The notes: generated by a model from the letters alone, not told the origin. A stretch of 64,000 nucleotides of DNA from Chiloscyllium plagiosum (GCF_004010195.1 NC_057751.1:5932502-5996501), one strand, 5' to 3'; shown: positions 12,980 to 25,594, counted from the stretch's first letter. Program-made: numbers and translations.

Positions 12980-13329
12980 ATGGCACACTGAGCATACCAA
13001 GCATTATAAGATATGAAACTGTATAAATTCACTGCATAATTTTACGTGTCATGATTAGTTTTAAATTATGACAGGCTGACTTTGAAAGGTAGTGGGCAGT
13101 TTGGTGCTGTCACTATCATTCTTTTCATTATACATTTGCAGTTGGAGTTGAATATTAATCAGTGAGCATGTGAATGCATGAACCAAAGGCTGAGAACATT
13201 ATATGTGTGGGTTTTAATATTGATGGAACAATTACAGCATGTTGATCTGAAGGAACATGAATATGTTAGAGAATTAAATACAGTACATTTTCAGGAAAAT
13301 AAACTTGAGTTTAGGTGTCAGATTATTGT

Positions 13330-13565
13330 ACCTTTCTGGAATATCCCAGTATGATTTGTGCAATGACTGACTTTTGGAATGCAGTGATTTTTATTGTGGA
13401 CTTAAATTCGGAAGCTATTGTTTGGAACACTTTCCAAATGGCAATGATGAATTAATTTGTTCTTTGTGATTGGGATGGTGATGGGAAGAATGTTGCCTAG
13501 AACATCCTCTGTTCTTTGTATAATTCCCTGGGATTGTTAACATCCATGAGTGTTGCATTACATTG
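13330..13565 (-). mobile_element. Deu-domain SINE fragment, highly decayed
   Basis: Similarity to other reversed Deu-SINE copies (gttctttgtataattccctgggattgttaacatcc). Confidence 0.4.
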
Positions 13566-14934
13566 TAAGAACCTGAAGGGATTAATGCTGAACACTATTT
13601 ATTGTAATAATGTCATACAGGTTTAGTGGGGAAACAGCTTAGGGTCTTGAAGGAATAAGACCACCCATCTGGGTCTTCTGCATAGCCTCTGTAGTACAGT
13701 AAACAGGCAGTTCCGAGATTGTGACCAGGTTCTATTGTTGAGTCCATTTGCAAGTTAATTTGAAGTCAGGACCAAATACAACGTAAGACAGGACAAAGTC
13801 GCCATTCTTCAGTACAGGGAATATTTATCTGTCAGATTTTTAATTTTACACCCCAGAATGGGATTGCATTTTTAAGTAGGAACTGTAGCAAATTGAACAT
13901 TCGCAAATTGTGGACGACCTGTTATCTGCACAGAGTTGCGGTGGTGCAATAAACAACATCTTATGTCAGACAAGAACCTTTGTGTTTGATTATTAAGTTG
14001 TCTTCCTCTGCCATAGTCAACCAAGCAGGCCCTGTAAATCCTGACCCGGAAAGAGCATGGGGGCAGTAAATCTATCGAATAGTAAGCAACAGTACAAAGA
14101 GCTCATATTACATGAGCAATGGTATGGAATGTTCATACAACAACCTGATTCCATTCCAGGCAAACTGAGTCTGTCACCTCACCCTGAGTGCAATATAGAG
14201 TCAAAGAGTCAGAGAGATGTACAACATGGAAACAGACCCTTCAGTCCAACTCGTCCTGCCGACCATATATCCCACCCTAATCTAGTCCCACCAGCCAGCA
14301 CCCGGCCCATATCCCTCCAAACCCTTCCTTTTCATATACCCATCCAGATGTCTTTTAAATCGTGCAATTGTACCAGCCTCCTCTGGCAGCTCATTCCACA
14401 CACGCACCACCCTCTGCGTGAAAACTTTGCCCTGTAGGTCTCTTTTTTTAATCTTTCCTTCTCACCTTAAACCAATGCCCTCTAGATCTGGACTCCCCGA
14501 CCCCAGGGAAAAGACTTTGTCTATTTATCCTATCCATGCCCCTCATGGATAGGACCTCTATAAGGTCACCCCTCAGCCTCCGACGCTCCAAAGAAAACAG
14601 CCCCAGCCTATTCAGCCTCTCCCTGTAGCTAAAATTCTCTAACCCTGGCAACATCCTTGTAAATCTTTTCTGAACCCTTTCAAGTTTCACAATATCCTTC
14701 CTATAGGAGGGAGACTAGAATTGCATGCAATATTCCAACAATGGCCTAACCAATGTTCTGTGCAGCCTCAACATGTCCTCCCAACTCCTGTGCACAATAC
14801 TCTGACCAGTAAAGGAAAGCATACCTAACGCCTTCTTCATTATCCTATCCACCTGTGACTCTACTTTCAAGGAGCCATGAACATGCTCTCCAAGGTCTGT
14901 TGTGGTTCTGTTTGCCGAGCTGGAAGTTTTTGTT

Positions 14935-14974
14935 GCAAACATTTCGTCCCCTGGCTAGGCGACATCATCAGTGC
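14935..14974 (-). ncRNA. Minimal hammerhead motif (family C, mirror arm)
   Basis: GCA-CUGAUGA-U-GUCGCCU(agcc)AGGGGAC-GAAA-UGUU-UGC; CpG-decayed stem III. Confidence 0.65.
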
Positions 14975-15069
14975 TTGGGAGCCTCCTGCGAAGCGCTTCT
15001 TTGATGTTTCCTCCGGTGTTTATAGTGGTCTGTCCCTGCCGCTTCCGGTTGTCAGTTTCAGCTGTCCGC

Positions 15070-15207
15070 TGTAGTGGTTGGTATATTGGGTCCAGGTCGA
15101 TGTGTTTGTTGATGGAGTTTGTGGATGAATGCCATGCCTCTAGGAATTCCCTGGCTGTTCTCTGTCTGGCTTGCCCTATGATAGTAGTGTTGTCCCAGTC
15201 AAATTCA
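15070..15207 (-). pseudogene. C-terminal fragment of PLE ORF (GIY-YIG endonuclease end)
   Basis: EFDWDNTTIIGQARQRTAREFLEAWHSSTNSINKHIDLDPIYQPL, typical of the Penelope/Poseidon GIY-YIG C-terminus. Confidence 0.85.
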
Positions 15208-15400
15208 CACACACGCAGACAACAAGCAACATGAATTCGACTGGGACAACACTACTATCATAGGGCAAGCCAGACAGAGAACAGCCAGGGAATTCCTAGA
15301 GGCATAGCATTCATCCACAAACTCCATTGGAAGCGGCAGGGACAGACCACTATAAACACCGGAGGAAACATCAAAGAAGCGCTTCGCAGGAGGCTCCCAA

Positions 15401-15440
15401 GCACTGATGATGTCGCCTAGCCAGGGGACGAAACATTTGC
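15401..15440 (+). ncRNA. Minimal hammerhead motif (family C)
   Basis: GCA-CUGAUGA-U-GUCGCCU(agcc)AGGGGAC-GAAA-CAUU-UGC; stem I gca/ugc. Confidence 0.65.
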
Positions 15441-17450
15441 AACAAAAACTTCCAGCTCGGCGAACAGAACCACAACAACAAGTACCCGACCTACAAATCT
15501 TCGCACAAACTTCTCCAAAGTCTCTTTGTTCAGCAACATTCCCGAGGACCTGACCATTAAGTGTATAAGTCCTGCTGAGATTTGCTTTCCCAAAATGCAG
15601 CACCTCACATTATCTGAATTAAACTCCATCTGCCACTTGTAAGCCCATTGACCCATCTGATCAAGATCCTGTTGTAATCTGAGGTAACCTTCTTCGCTGT
15701 CCACTACAACTCCAATTTTGTTGTCATCTGCAAACTTACTAACTATATCTCTTATGTTCACATCCAAATCATTTATATAAATGACGAAACGTAATGGACC
15801 CAGCACCGATCCTTGTGGCACTCCAATGGTTAAAGGCCTCCAGTCCGAAAGCCAACCCTCCACCACCACCCTCTACCTTTGAGCCAATTCTGTATCTAAA
15901 TGGCTAGTTCTCCTGTATTCCATGAGATATAACCTTGCTCAGCAGTCTCCCATGGAGAACCTTGTCAAACGCCTTACTAAAGTCCATATAGATCATGTCC
16001 ACCACTCTGCCCTCATCAATCCTCTTTGTTACTTCTTCAGAAAACTCAATCAAGTTTGTGAGACATGATTTCCCATACACAAAGCCATGTTGATTATCCC
16101 TTATCCTTGCCTTTTCAATACATGCACATCCCATCCCTTAGGGTTCCCTCCAACAACTTTCCCACCAGGCTCACTGGTCTATAGTTCCTTCGCTTGTCCT
16201 TATCACCCTTCTCAAACAGTGGCACCAATTTAGCCAACCACCAGTCTTCTGGCACCTCACCTGTGAGTACTGATGATACAAATATCTCAGTAAGAGGCTT
16301 CCCTAGCTTCCCACAGAGTTCTAGGGTACACCTGATCCGGTCCTAGGGATTTATCCACTTTTATGCGTTTCAAGACATCCAGCACTTCCTCCTCGGTAAT
16401 ATAGACATTTTTCAAGATGTCACCATCCATTTCCTTACATTGTATATCTTCTATGTCCTTTTACACAGTAAACATTGATGCAAATTATTCGTTTAGTATC
16501 TTCCCATCTTCTGCGGTTCCACACAAAGGCTGCCTTGCTGATCTTTGAGGGACCCTATTCTCTCCCTAGTTATCCTTTTGTCCTTAATGTATTTGTAAAA
16601 ACTCTTTGGATTCTTTTTAACCCGATTTGCCAAAGCTATCTCATGTCCCCTTTTTGCCCTCCTGATTTCCCTCATGAAATGCAGCCAGATTTCACACATC
16701 ACAGGAGCCTCCCCCTGCTATGTGTTAAATGTTGGTAGGGCTAGGCCTGAGATAGCCATTACGTGGCCCAAACATGGACTGGCCACCTGATGACTCTCCT
16801 ACCTCCCTAAAGAGGTAGTTTAATGGCAGGATTAAGGAGCCAGGCACCTATGGAGGAACAGCCAACAGCTTTAGAAATCAAAATGGGGTGTGTGCCTTGG
16901 CAGGGACCTTGGAAGGGGTGACATTTCCTTGCAGCCATTGTCCTTTGGGATGGTAGAGATCATGGTTCTGGGAGTGCTCCTGAAGAAGTCTTGGCAAATC
17001 ACTGCTGCATATCATGCAGATTGTAGATCCAGTGTTGTGGTGGTAATGTGCATGCTTATACTGGTGGATAGGTTGCTGATGAAACTGGATGATTTAAGCT
17101 GATGGGCCCAGCTCATGAATTTCATTCAGATTAGGTTTTGATTCTCTGAAATCAAAATTGACAATGTTAATTGCTTTGCAGAGGTAAGATGCTGGTTAAT
17201 ATTCTCCACGTCAAGACCTTCTGTCAAATCCTGTCCAGATTTATATTCACATCAAAAATATCTCCATTGCAGTTCTATTAGTGAACGTTAAATTCAGGTC
17301 AGGATTATGCTCGGTATTGATTCTGGGCAATGTTGTTTGGCTAAATTACCCTGTTTATTGCTAATAACATCAGAAGGCTGGTGTTACATTCAATCAGAGT
17401 ACAATATGAAATGTTGACAAATAAACCATGAAACTCTGGACTAACTTGAA

Positions 17451-17880
17451 AGACTTGCCTTTACAACACATGTTTCACAACCTCAGGCCACCCCAAATGC
17501 TATACAGTCAACAATGCTCTTTAAAAGTGTGGTGAATGTTGTGGGGTAGGAAAGGTGACAATCAATTTGCAAGTTCTCTGCAAACTCCCCCCAACAGGTC
17601 GTTCTTTTTGTGCAGTTGAGTTGGGTGAAACGTATTGTCCTGCATGTTAAGGAGCAACTCCCTTAACTTGCAATAAAATACTGACAGAGGTCAAGTTATA
17701 GCCACCTGAGAGGGTAATTGAGTCCTCAGTTTTTTGTCCATACTGAAAGTTAATGCCTCCATTCAAGCAGCACACTCTCAGTACTGCACTGCAGTGTCAG
17801 CTGGGAATTTTTGCAGTGGGCTTCAAGCATGCAACCTTTTTGGGTCAGTGACGAGGCTGCAGACACTGATTGCTGAGACC
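17451..17880 (-). mobile_element. Deu-domain SINE (SacSINE1-like), near full length
   Basis: Reverse of the tRNA head and Deu core (cagcacactctcagtactgcactgcagtgtcagc) plus L2-type tail (gacttgcctttacaac). Confidence 0.75.
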
Positions 17881-18334
17881 ATGAACATGACAGATCCTGT
17901 CACATTGTTCAAAGTACATTCTTCAAGAGACATTGGTGTCCCGGACAATATTTTTCCTTAATACTGATCAGTCAAGTGTGTGTGTGTGTTATACAAAATA
18001 CTGACAGCCAGGATGGCTCTGTGCTTGATGCTATTCTCAGCTACTGGAGGGCTCTTCTGTGTTCTTCTACATAACTACAATTCTCCACTTCATGTTCTTC
18101 ATACCTACTAAAATATTTCAACTATTTCTTTCCTTGCTTGGTTCCTATGTTCCTTTTCCCCTTTCCTCTCTTTATTCTTCCCTGGACCTGATGTTAAAGA
18201 TTTTTCTCATTTCATCAGTGATTAATTTGAGGTAACTAAAACATGTTGCAATGGTTTTTGGTGATGGTGGACTTTGCAACCACATTGATCATTGATTTTA
18301 GCATTTCCACAACTCCTCAAGATGACAATTGTGG

Positions 18335-18421
18335 CCTGAAGAAGGGCTTATGCCCGAAACGTTGATTCTCCTGTTCCTTGGATGCTGCTTGACCTGCTGC
18401 GCTTTTCCAGCAACACATTCT
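18335..18421 (+). mobile_element. 87-bp single-arm PLE family A insertion beginning at the hammerhead
   Basis: TSD caattgtgg 18326-18334 / 18422-18430; sequence matches family A arms. Confidence 0.85.
18336..18365 (+). ncRNA. Minimal hammerhead motif (family A), intact core
   Basis: CUGAAGA-A-GGGC(uuau)GCCC-GAAA-CGUU; perfect stem II; GUU triplet. Confidence 0.7.
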
Positions 18422-19854
18422 CAATTGTGGTTAAATGTATAAGACATATTTTGTCAAACTGCGTTGCCATTGAAACTTGAAGCATAGTCCAAACAGTACT
18501 CTGTGGTTTGTGATTTTGGATCATAGATGCATGGTAACAAACAAAGGATTGTGCACACAATATAAAGTGTTTTGTTTCCTTTCTATGGTAACTGACTGTA
18601 ATAAGTGCAAAAGTGCTGTATGTGACTTTAAGTTGACAGGAAAACTGAATTGCGATATCATCAATGTTAAAATTGGAACAGAGGATAGGATTTTCCCACA
18701 TTTTTTTCCAAGTGTGCGAGCTGGCAATGAATGTGCCACCCTAATCAGTGAGCTAACTCACCCATTTGCTTGTTTCAACACAGGACCTGCTGCCAGTCAA
18801 AAGGTGGAAGTTTCCCTTATATCTGCAAGTCAAGGCCTGCACCTTGGGAGCCCCAGCAGCAAGAAGGTAAATTATTTTTTTTCCTTCTCACAGAGTGTTG
18901 GGTTGATGAGAGAAGGGGAGTCGGGGTGTCAGAGGCAAAGGCAGAGGTGACTTTCAGAGGCCACCTCATTGCCCACCTGTTGTGCTGACGACTGCCGCAA
19001 GATTGGAGCATCTGGAGGCCCTCCCCAAACCACTAAGCAGGTTTCCCAGGGAAAGTGGCCACCTTTCTTAAACATCAGGGAGGCAGGTCATTGGTGAGCC
19101 AGCGAGCAAAGACTCTTAAAGAGACCAGTAATTGATCACTTCAGGGCCTCAATTGATGGTCAGCCAAGAAAGTCACTTGTGAACCTCTGCACTGAGCATT
19201 TATTTGAGGGTAAGTTTATTTCTTGTGTGACTCGCCCTGTTATTTCCTCTTTTCAACCCCTCCCTCATCATCTTCATGGAAGGGGAAATCGTACACAGAG
19301 TTTTTATGCAGCTACAAGATCGAGATAAGCTTTCAGTGTAAGATGGCTGTCCTGGGAGTGAAACAGGAATTCACCCACAAGAAGGTGAGAAACATGCCAT
19401 GGCATTAAATGATTCAACTGGATTGAGAGACTTGCAATTTACCACTGTTCAAAAACACCGATGTCTGAAAACACTTTACAGCCAAAGAAATACTTTCAAA
19501 ATGTAGTCACAGAATCTCAGAACTGCTACAGAGCAGAAGAAGGCTATTCAGCCCATCATGACCACATTGGTTGTTCAAATGAGCATGATGACCTCATGAC
19601 ATTTTCCTGTGTATCCCCTTCAACCTTCCACATTGTCTTTCTTCATGTAACCATCTGAATGAAACTGTGTCTCCTTAACATGGGGGAAGTACATTCAAGA
19701 CACTAACTACTTGTTGTGTAAGTATGTTTCTTTTCTCACATTGCATTTACTTCTTTCACAAGCTACTTTAAATCTGTGCCCTCTCATTCACAATCCTTTC
19801 TCGAGTGAAAATCATTTCTCCCTATCAATTCTGACAAGCCTTGTGATTTGAAAA

Positions 19855-20041
19855 CTTTGTACAGCGATTTGGCTTTAATACAATTGAAGAATTTAGATCG
19901 TTATTTGTAGAATACGAACTTTCCTGACCTATATTGGCTACAATGTGATTCCAACCCCATTAGTTTAAACGACGTGGCTGTTGCATGATTTTCGAGATCA
20001 CATAAGAACGGAACGATCGCATTTAATCAGAATCAACTGTA
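19855..20041. mobile_element. Tc1/pogo(Tigger)-like MITE remnant
   Basis: Homologous to 26765-26876 and, in reverse, to 54783-55001; ends ...cagaatcaactg+TA. Confidence 0.55.
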
Positions 20042-20304
20042 TCTGATCTTCTCTTAGCCTTCTCCTCTGCAAAGAAACGATCCTAACTTCTCCAACCCAT
20101 TTGCATAACTGAAATCTCTTGTCCTTGAAATATTCCTGTAAACTTCTTCCTCACAGTGTCTAATGTGTTCACATCCTTCCCGAGCATTGAGCACAGAACT
20201 GCACAGAGTCTGACATAGGTTTAGCATAAACTCTTTGCTCTTGCATTCTGTGCCCCATTACTAAAACCAAGGATACTATCTGATTTTTGTAACTGTTTTT
20301 AACT

Positions 20305-21311
20305 GTAACTCTGAAGATGGACGAGGGCGATCCAGTAGACGTGGTGTACCTGGACTTTCAGAAAGCTTTTGATAAAGTCCCACATAGGAGGTTAGTGAGC
20401 AAAAGTAGGGCGCATGGTACTGGGGGCAAAGTACTAACTTGGATTGAAAGTTGGTTGGCTGAGAGGAAACAAAGAGTAGTGATAAACGGCTCCATTTCGG
20501 AATGGCAGGCAGTGACCAGTGGGGTACCGTAGGGATCAGTGCTGGGCCCGCAGCTTTTTACAATATATATTAATGATATAGAAGATGGTATTAGTCATAA
20601 CATTAGCAAATTTGCTGATGATACTAAGCTGGGTGGCAGGGTGAAATGTGAGGAGGATGTTCGGAGATTACAGGGTGACCTGGACAGGTTAGGTGAGTGG
20701 TCAGATGCATGGCAGATGCAGTCTAATGTGGATAAATGTATGGTTATCCACTTTGGCAAGAACAGGAAGGCAGATTACTACCGAAATGGAATCNNNNNNN
20801 NNNNNNNNNNNNNNNNNNNNNNNNNNNNNNNNNNNNNNNNNNNNNNNNNNNNNNNNNNNNNNNNNNNNNNNNNNNNNNNNNNNNNNNNNNNNNNNNNNNN
20901 NNNNNNNNNNNNNNNNNNNNNNNNNNNNNNNNNNNNCATATAAGATTATTAAAGGATTGGACACTCTGGAGGCAGGAAACATGTTTCCGCTGATGGGTGA
21001 GTGCCGAACCAGAGGACACAGCTTAAAAATACGGGGTAGACCATTTAGGACAGAGATGAGGAGAAACTTCTTCACCCAGAGAGTGGTGGCTGTGTGGAAT
21101 GCTCTGCCCCAGAGGGCAGTGGAGGCTCAGTCTCTAGATTCATTTGAGAGAGTTGGATAGAGCTCTCACGGATAGTGGAATCAAGAGTTATGGAGATAAG
21201 GCAGGAACAGGATACTGATTAAGGATGATCAGCGATGATCATATTGAATTGTGGTGCAGGCTCGAAGAGCAGAAAGGCCTACTCCTGCACCTATTGTCTA
21301 TTGTCTATTGT
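20305..21311 (+). mobile_element. Young CR1 LINE 3' part (spans the assembly gap)
   Basis: YLDFQKAFDKVPH, SGVP*GSVLGP, KFADDTKLGG, RTRGHSLKI..FFTQRVV; (ctattgt)n tail 21291-21311. Confidence 0.97.
20794..20936. other. Assembly gap (143 N)
   Basis: Run of N characters. Confidence 1.
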
Positions 21312-21939
21312 CGACCTCCACCTGCCCTGCCACCTGTAATGACATTTGGAATATACATATGCACAGGTACTCTCAGGCCTTTCTGGCACACTCTTTAGAG
21401 TAATGCCTTTGTTTTGTATTGAATCTCCACATTCTTTCTACTAAAATACATCATTTCACACTTCTCTGCATTGAACTTTATCTGCTACCAATCTTCCCAC
21501 TCCACAACTTTTTGAAGCTCTGCACTGCCCCTCACCGTTCATAAGTTTTCCAAGTATTGTGTTATCCACAAATTTTGAAATTGCCCTTACACACTAAGAT
21601 CTCGATGAGGAAAACCAAGGGTCCCAATACTGACCCCTGGGAAAACTTTGCTCCAGCCTGAAAAAAATCCCTTAATCATCACTCTCTGTTTCCTATCTAT
21701 CAAGCAATTTTGAGTTCATATTGCCACTGTCCCTTTTATTCCACGAGCTCTGATTTTATTGATAAAGTCTGTTGTGTGACATTGTATTAAGCAGCTTTTA
21801 GATGCCCATGTACATCAGAACAACAGCATTACCTTCATCAATGCTTATGTCACCTTTTCAAATAAAATTGAGCAAGTTGGTTAAACATGATTTTCCCCAA
21901 AGAAATCCACTCTGGATCTTCTTAATTTCCCCATATTTA

Positions 21940-22745
21940 GACCATAAGATGGTAAGACGTTTGAGCAGAAAATATGCCATTCAGCCCATCGAGTTGGCTC
22001 TGCCATTCAATCATGGCTGATATGTTTCTCAACCCCATTCTCCTGCTTTCTCCCTGTAAACTTTGATCTCCTTGAAAATCAAGAATTCATCTATCTCCAT
22101 CTTAAATGTACTCAATGACCTGGCCTGTGGCAGTGAACTCCTTAGATTCATCATTCTGTGGCTGAAGACGTTTTTCCCTTATCACAGTTCTCAATGGTCT
22201 TCCCTTTACTCTAAGATTGTGCCCTAAGGTCCTAGTCTCTCCTATCAATGGAAACATCTTCCCAACATCCACTCTGTCCAAGCTATTCAGTGTTCTGTAA
22301 GTTTCAATTAGATTCCATTTCACCTTCTAAAGCTCCATTGAGAATCGACCCAGAATCCTCAAACATTCCTCAAGGGTTAAACTTTTCATTTCTGAGACCA
22401 TTCTCGTGAACCTCCTGTGAACACGCTCCAGGGCCAATACATCCTTCCTGAGATATGGGGCCCAAAATTGCTCACACTACTCCAAATGCATTTAGACTAG
22501 AGCCTTAGAGAGCATCAGTAGTGCATCCCATCTTTTATATTCAAGTCCTCTCAAACTAAATGCCATCATTGCATTTGCCTTCCTAACTACTGACTCAACC
22601 TGCAAGTTTACCTTGAGAAAATCCTAGACTAGAAATCCCAAATCTCTTTGCACTTCAGACTTCTGAATTGTCTCCCCATTTTGAAAATAGTTCATACTTC
22701 TGAATTGTCTCCCCATTTTGAAAATAGTTCATACTTTTATTCTTT
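21940..22745 (-). mobile_element. CR1 LINE 3' part
   Basis: ORF 22102-22323 (LIETY..L.SLDRVD.GKMFPL.GETRT.GH); CR1 3' UTR. Confidence 0.92.
22659..22736. repeat. Perfect 37-bp tandem duplication
   Basis: acttctgaattgtctccccattttgaaaatagttcat x2, followed by actt. Confidence 0.95.
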
Positions 22746-24199
22746 TTGTCCATATGACTGTTAATTCTGCATCGAACTATTGTTTTACCGAAGTTGCCTT
22801 AACTGAAGTTAAATTGAATAGTCTATAATTGACTGATTTATCCTTACAGCCATTTTTTGAACAAATGCGTAATGCGTGAAATTCTTCAGATCTCAAGCAC
22901 CACTCTTGAGTTAATGGAAGATTGAAATATTTTGACCAGTGGCTCAGCGATTTCCACTCTCATTGCTCCAGTATCCTTGAATGCATCTTATCTGGTCCCA
23001 GTGCTTGATCAACTTTTAGTACGGACTGCCTGTCTGTTACCTCCTCCCTATCAATTCTTCTTCTGACTGCATTTCCATTCATTGTCACCAGGTCATCAGT
23101 TTCCTTGTTAAAGACAAATGGTAAGTTTTTATTCATTTAATACCTCAGCCATGTTCCCCACTTCCAATTTGAGGGAATGCATCTTCTCTGTGATGAACCA
23201 CCTCTTCATTGAAGTCAGCCCATTGTTCAGCTGGCATTTATTACTGCCAACCTTTGATTGTAATTTATCTGACCTCCCTCTCTGTTCTTGCTCCATTGAA
23301 GTCAATTGCCCTCAGGTAAAAATTCTTACTATGGATTTCTGTTGTCTCTTTGTATTTTAAACATAAACCTGATGCTAGAATGATTACTGACTCCGAAAGG
23401 CACCCCAGTGACACTTGGTCATCTTGGCCTACTTCATGCTTTCAAGCCAGGTCTAGCAGTGCTTCCTTTCTTGTTGAACTGAACACATGCTGTTGTTGAA
23501 AATTTCTTTCACTAAAATCGAAGAATGCTTGCCCAACTCTGTCCTTTACACCATCACAATCCCAGTATACATTTGGATAATTAAAGTCTCCACTACAGCT
23601 ACTCTATCATGTTTCTACCTCTCTGTAATTTCCATGCAGATTTATTCCTCTACATCTTTCCCCTTAATTGATGGCCAATGGACTACACTGATGCAGTTAA
23701 AGCACCTTTTTTGTTCATTAGCACAAGCTTTCTGATGAATTCTGAACTTGAAACCTCTGGGACTTTCTCTTTAACCTTTTACAAACTCTCTTCAACTCAT
23801 ACCTTTCCTCCTTTGCTTCTTCCCCTATTTTAGAACATCAACTTGTTTCCAGGAGCAATTGGACAGAACAATTTGCTTGTAATTCAACACTCTTATTTAC
23901 TTTATTTTGTAGATATGGATAGGAGTGCTGTAAGCCTGGCTGAGAATGTTTGACTTTCTCTCTTATTCTTCCTCCACCATATATCTTATTCCTGATTCCT
24001 AGTTTATCTGTCTCTTCCCCTATATTGTGCACCATGGCTTCCTTCTCTTGTTATCATTATAGCTGATATTGTTACTGGACAAGTCAGATCCCAGACATAA
24101 ATCTGGCTTGATAGATTTTTTTTATTTTAAGAGGACAGTCTTTCACTGGAACAGAAATGAGCAATGCTGCAGATTCAGCAGTAATTGTCTCATAGTGAA

Positions 24200-24810
24200 C
24201 TCTGTTTGATGTGTTCAATTCAACTCTGAGGTGAGCTTCCATGCTTACATCATTTTTCATACAAAGGCTTCCACTTCTGAACCTAGTGGAATTCTGTCTC
24301 TGCCTCAGCCCATCAGGCATGGAGACATTAAACTGTCCTTTATCATCTCCAACCTCAACTGTTCCACTGCTGTCCGCGTTGGCCATCCATCCTCGACTCT
24401 CTGCAACCTTCATCTCAGCTCATTGAGTCTTATCCTATGCCAGGCCCTTAACATCCATCATTCCTGACCCTGGGATCACATGCCTCCAGACTTCCAATTT
24501 TGAAATTCACATTCTTGATATTCCTGACCTCTAATCCCCATTCACTTCTTTTGTCCATGCCCCAAACATGCCCTTTGCCTGACTTTGGTCTCTTGTGCTC
24601 CCATTTTATTGTTGATGCCTTCAATAAGGTAGGGCACAACAATTGCCTGCACCCTGATCACCCTTGTTCCTCTTCGAAGATCCTTCTTTGACAAAGCTTT
24701 TGGTCTCTCTCCTCCTCATGTCTGCTATTTTTGTCTGATTACCGTCGGTAAATTTCTTTCAGAAACCTTTCTGCAGCAAATTTAAGGTGCTACATAAATG
24801 CAGGTTATTG
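24200..24810 (+). mobile_element. L2 LINE 3' fragment, decayed
   Basis: Degenerate L2 C-terminal pattern (tttatcatctccaacctcaactgttcc; ttttgaaattcacattctt) ending in aaggtgctacataaatgcaggttattg. Confidence 0.65.
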
Positions 24811-25351
24811 CTCCAGGCATTACTCTCCTTGTGATTTAAAGCCAAGGCTGCCAAAGTCAGTTTTAGTCTCATTTTCTGGTTCTGTGAAGTGGAAATAATT
24901 AATTCTGGACATTTATAGTGTCTTCCTTTCAAGTGTAGCAATTATCTTTCATAACTGTAAAAATTGTAATTAATCCTTTGCAAGATCTTTTATCTTTCTC
25001 AAAGAGGCTAGGACTGTTTCTTGATTGTGCAGTTAAGTGCACCCATTAGCCCTTAACTTACAGCATGTCTACTTAGATCTGAAATAAATAAGGTTAAAAT
25101 CAAGTTTTTGACTGTCAATTTGTACTTGGCACGTCCTTACCACTTAGCACAGGTGTTACCGAATTTGTTAACTTTGCTGTAAATGAATGCTTAGACCTTT
25201 TCATGGAGTAAACATTGTGTGACTACTGATGTGAACTAATCCCGATAAAAATCAGAGCAATAACTCACTTCACAGTCCATCTGATCTCAACCTTGTTGGT
25301 ATTTGGGACAGCATGGTTATCCTTCTTCAAAATGAGTGTTTCCTTGGTATA

Positions 25352-25594
25352 AAGTTAAAAATCACACAACACCAGGCTATCGTCCAACAGATTTATTTGG
25401 AAGCACTAGCTTTCAGAGTGCCGATCCTTCACCACATGGTTGTTGTCTCAGGTGGTGGTTGCCACAACAACCACCCGATGAAGGAGCAATGCCCCGGAAG
25501 CTAGTGCTTCCAAATAAATCTGTTGGACTATAACCTGGTGTTGTGTGATTTTTAAGTTTGTACACCCCAGTTCAACACTGGCATCTCCAAATCA
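25352..25594. mobile_element. PLE fold-back insertion, family B
   Basis: Inverted arms about 25352-25446 / 25463-25558; 35-nt tail gtacaccccagttcaacactggcatctccaaatca; 13-bp perfect TSD tttccttggtata 25339-25351 / 25595-25607. Confidence 0.88.
25472..25506 (+). ncRNA. Decayed minimal hammerhead motif (family B)
   Basis: cac-CCGAUGA-A-GGAGC(aau)GCCCC-GGAA-GCUA-gug; with the other arms gives an inferred consensus CUGAUGA-A-GGAGC(agc)GCUCC-GAAA-GCUA. Confidence 0.5.

Larger units (their letters stand above)
14899..15511. mobile_element. PLE fold-back insertion, family C, with GIY-YIG endonuclease C-terminus
   Basis: Inverted arms about 14899-15207 and 15232-15476; right arm has a ~65-bp deletion; ~35-nt one-sided tail; TSD tctccaa(g/a)gtct 14887-14898 / 15512-15523. 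Confidence 0.92.
14195..16672 (-). mobile_element. CR1 (HER1-type) LINE, 5'-truncated, interrupted by a PLE insertion
   Basis: ORFs [58 protein letters not shown]; (gactct)n tail at about 14195-14215. Confidence 0.97.
19505..23960 (-). mobile_element. Old long CR1 LINE, fragmented by a MITE and two younger CR1s
   Basis: Reverse CR1 3' end at about 19505-19560; RT motifs at 21400-21930; endonuclease GDFNYP-type motif near 23560-23600; collinear across the insertions. Confidence 0.7.

Noticed and set aside
16790..16830. ctgatga followed by a small hairpin (ctacctc...gaggtag)
   Set aside because: Lacks the GAAA and NUH elements of a hammerhead.
18477..18950. 157-aa ORF
   Set aside because: No recognisable domain and a non-ATG start; consistent with a chance ORF.
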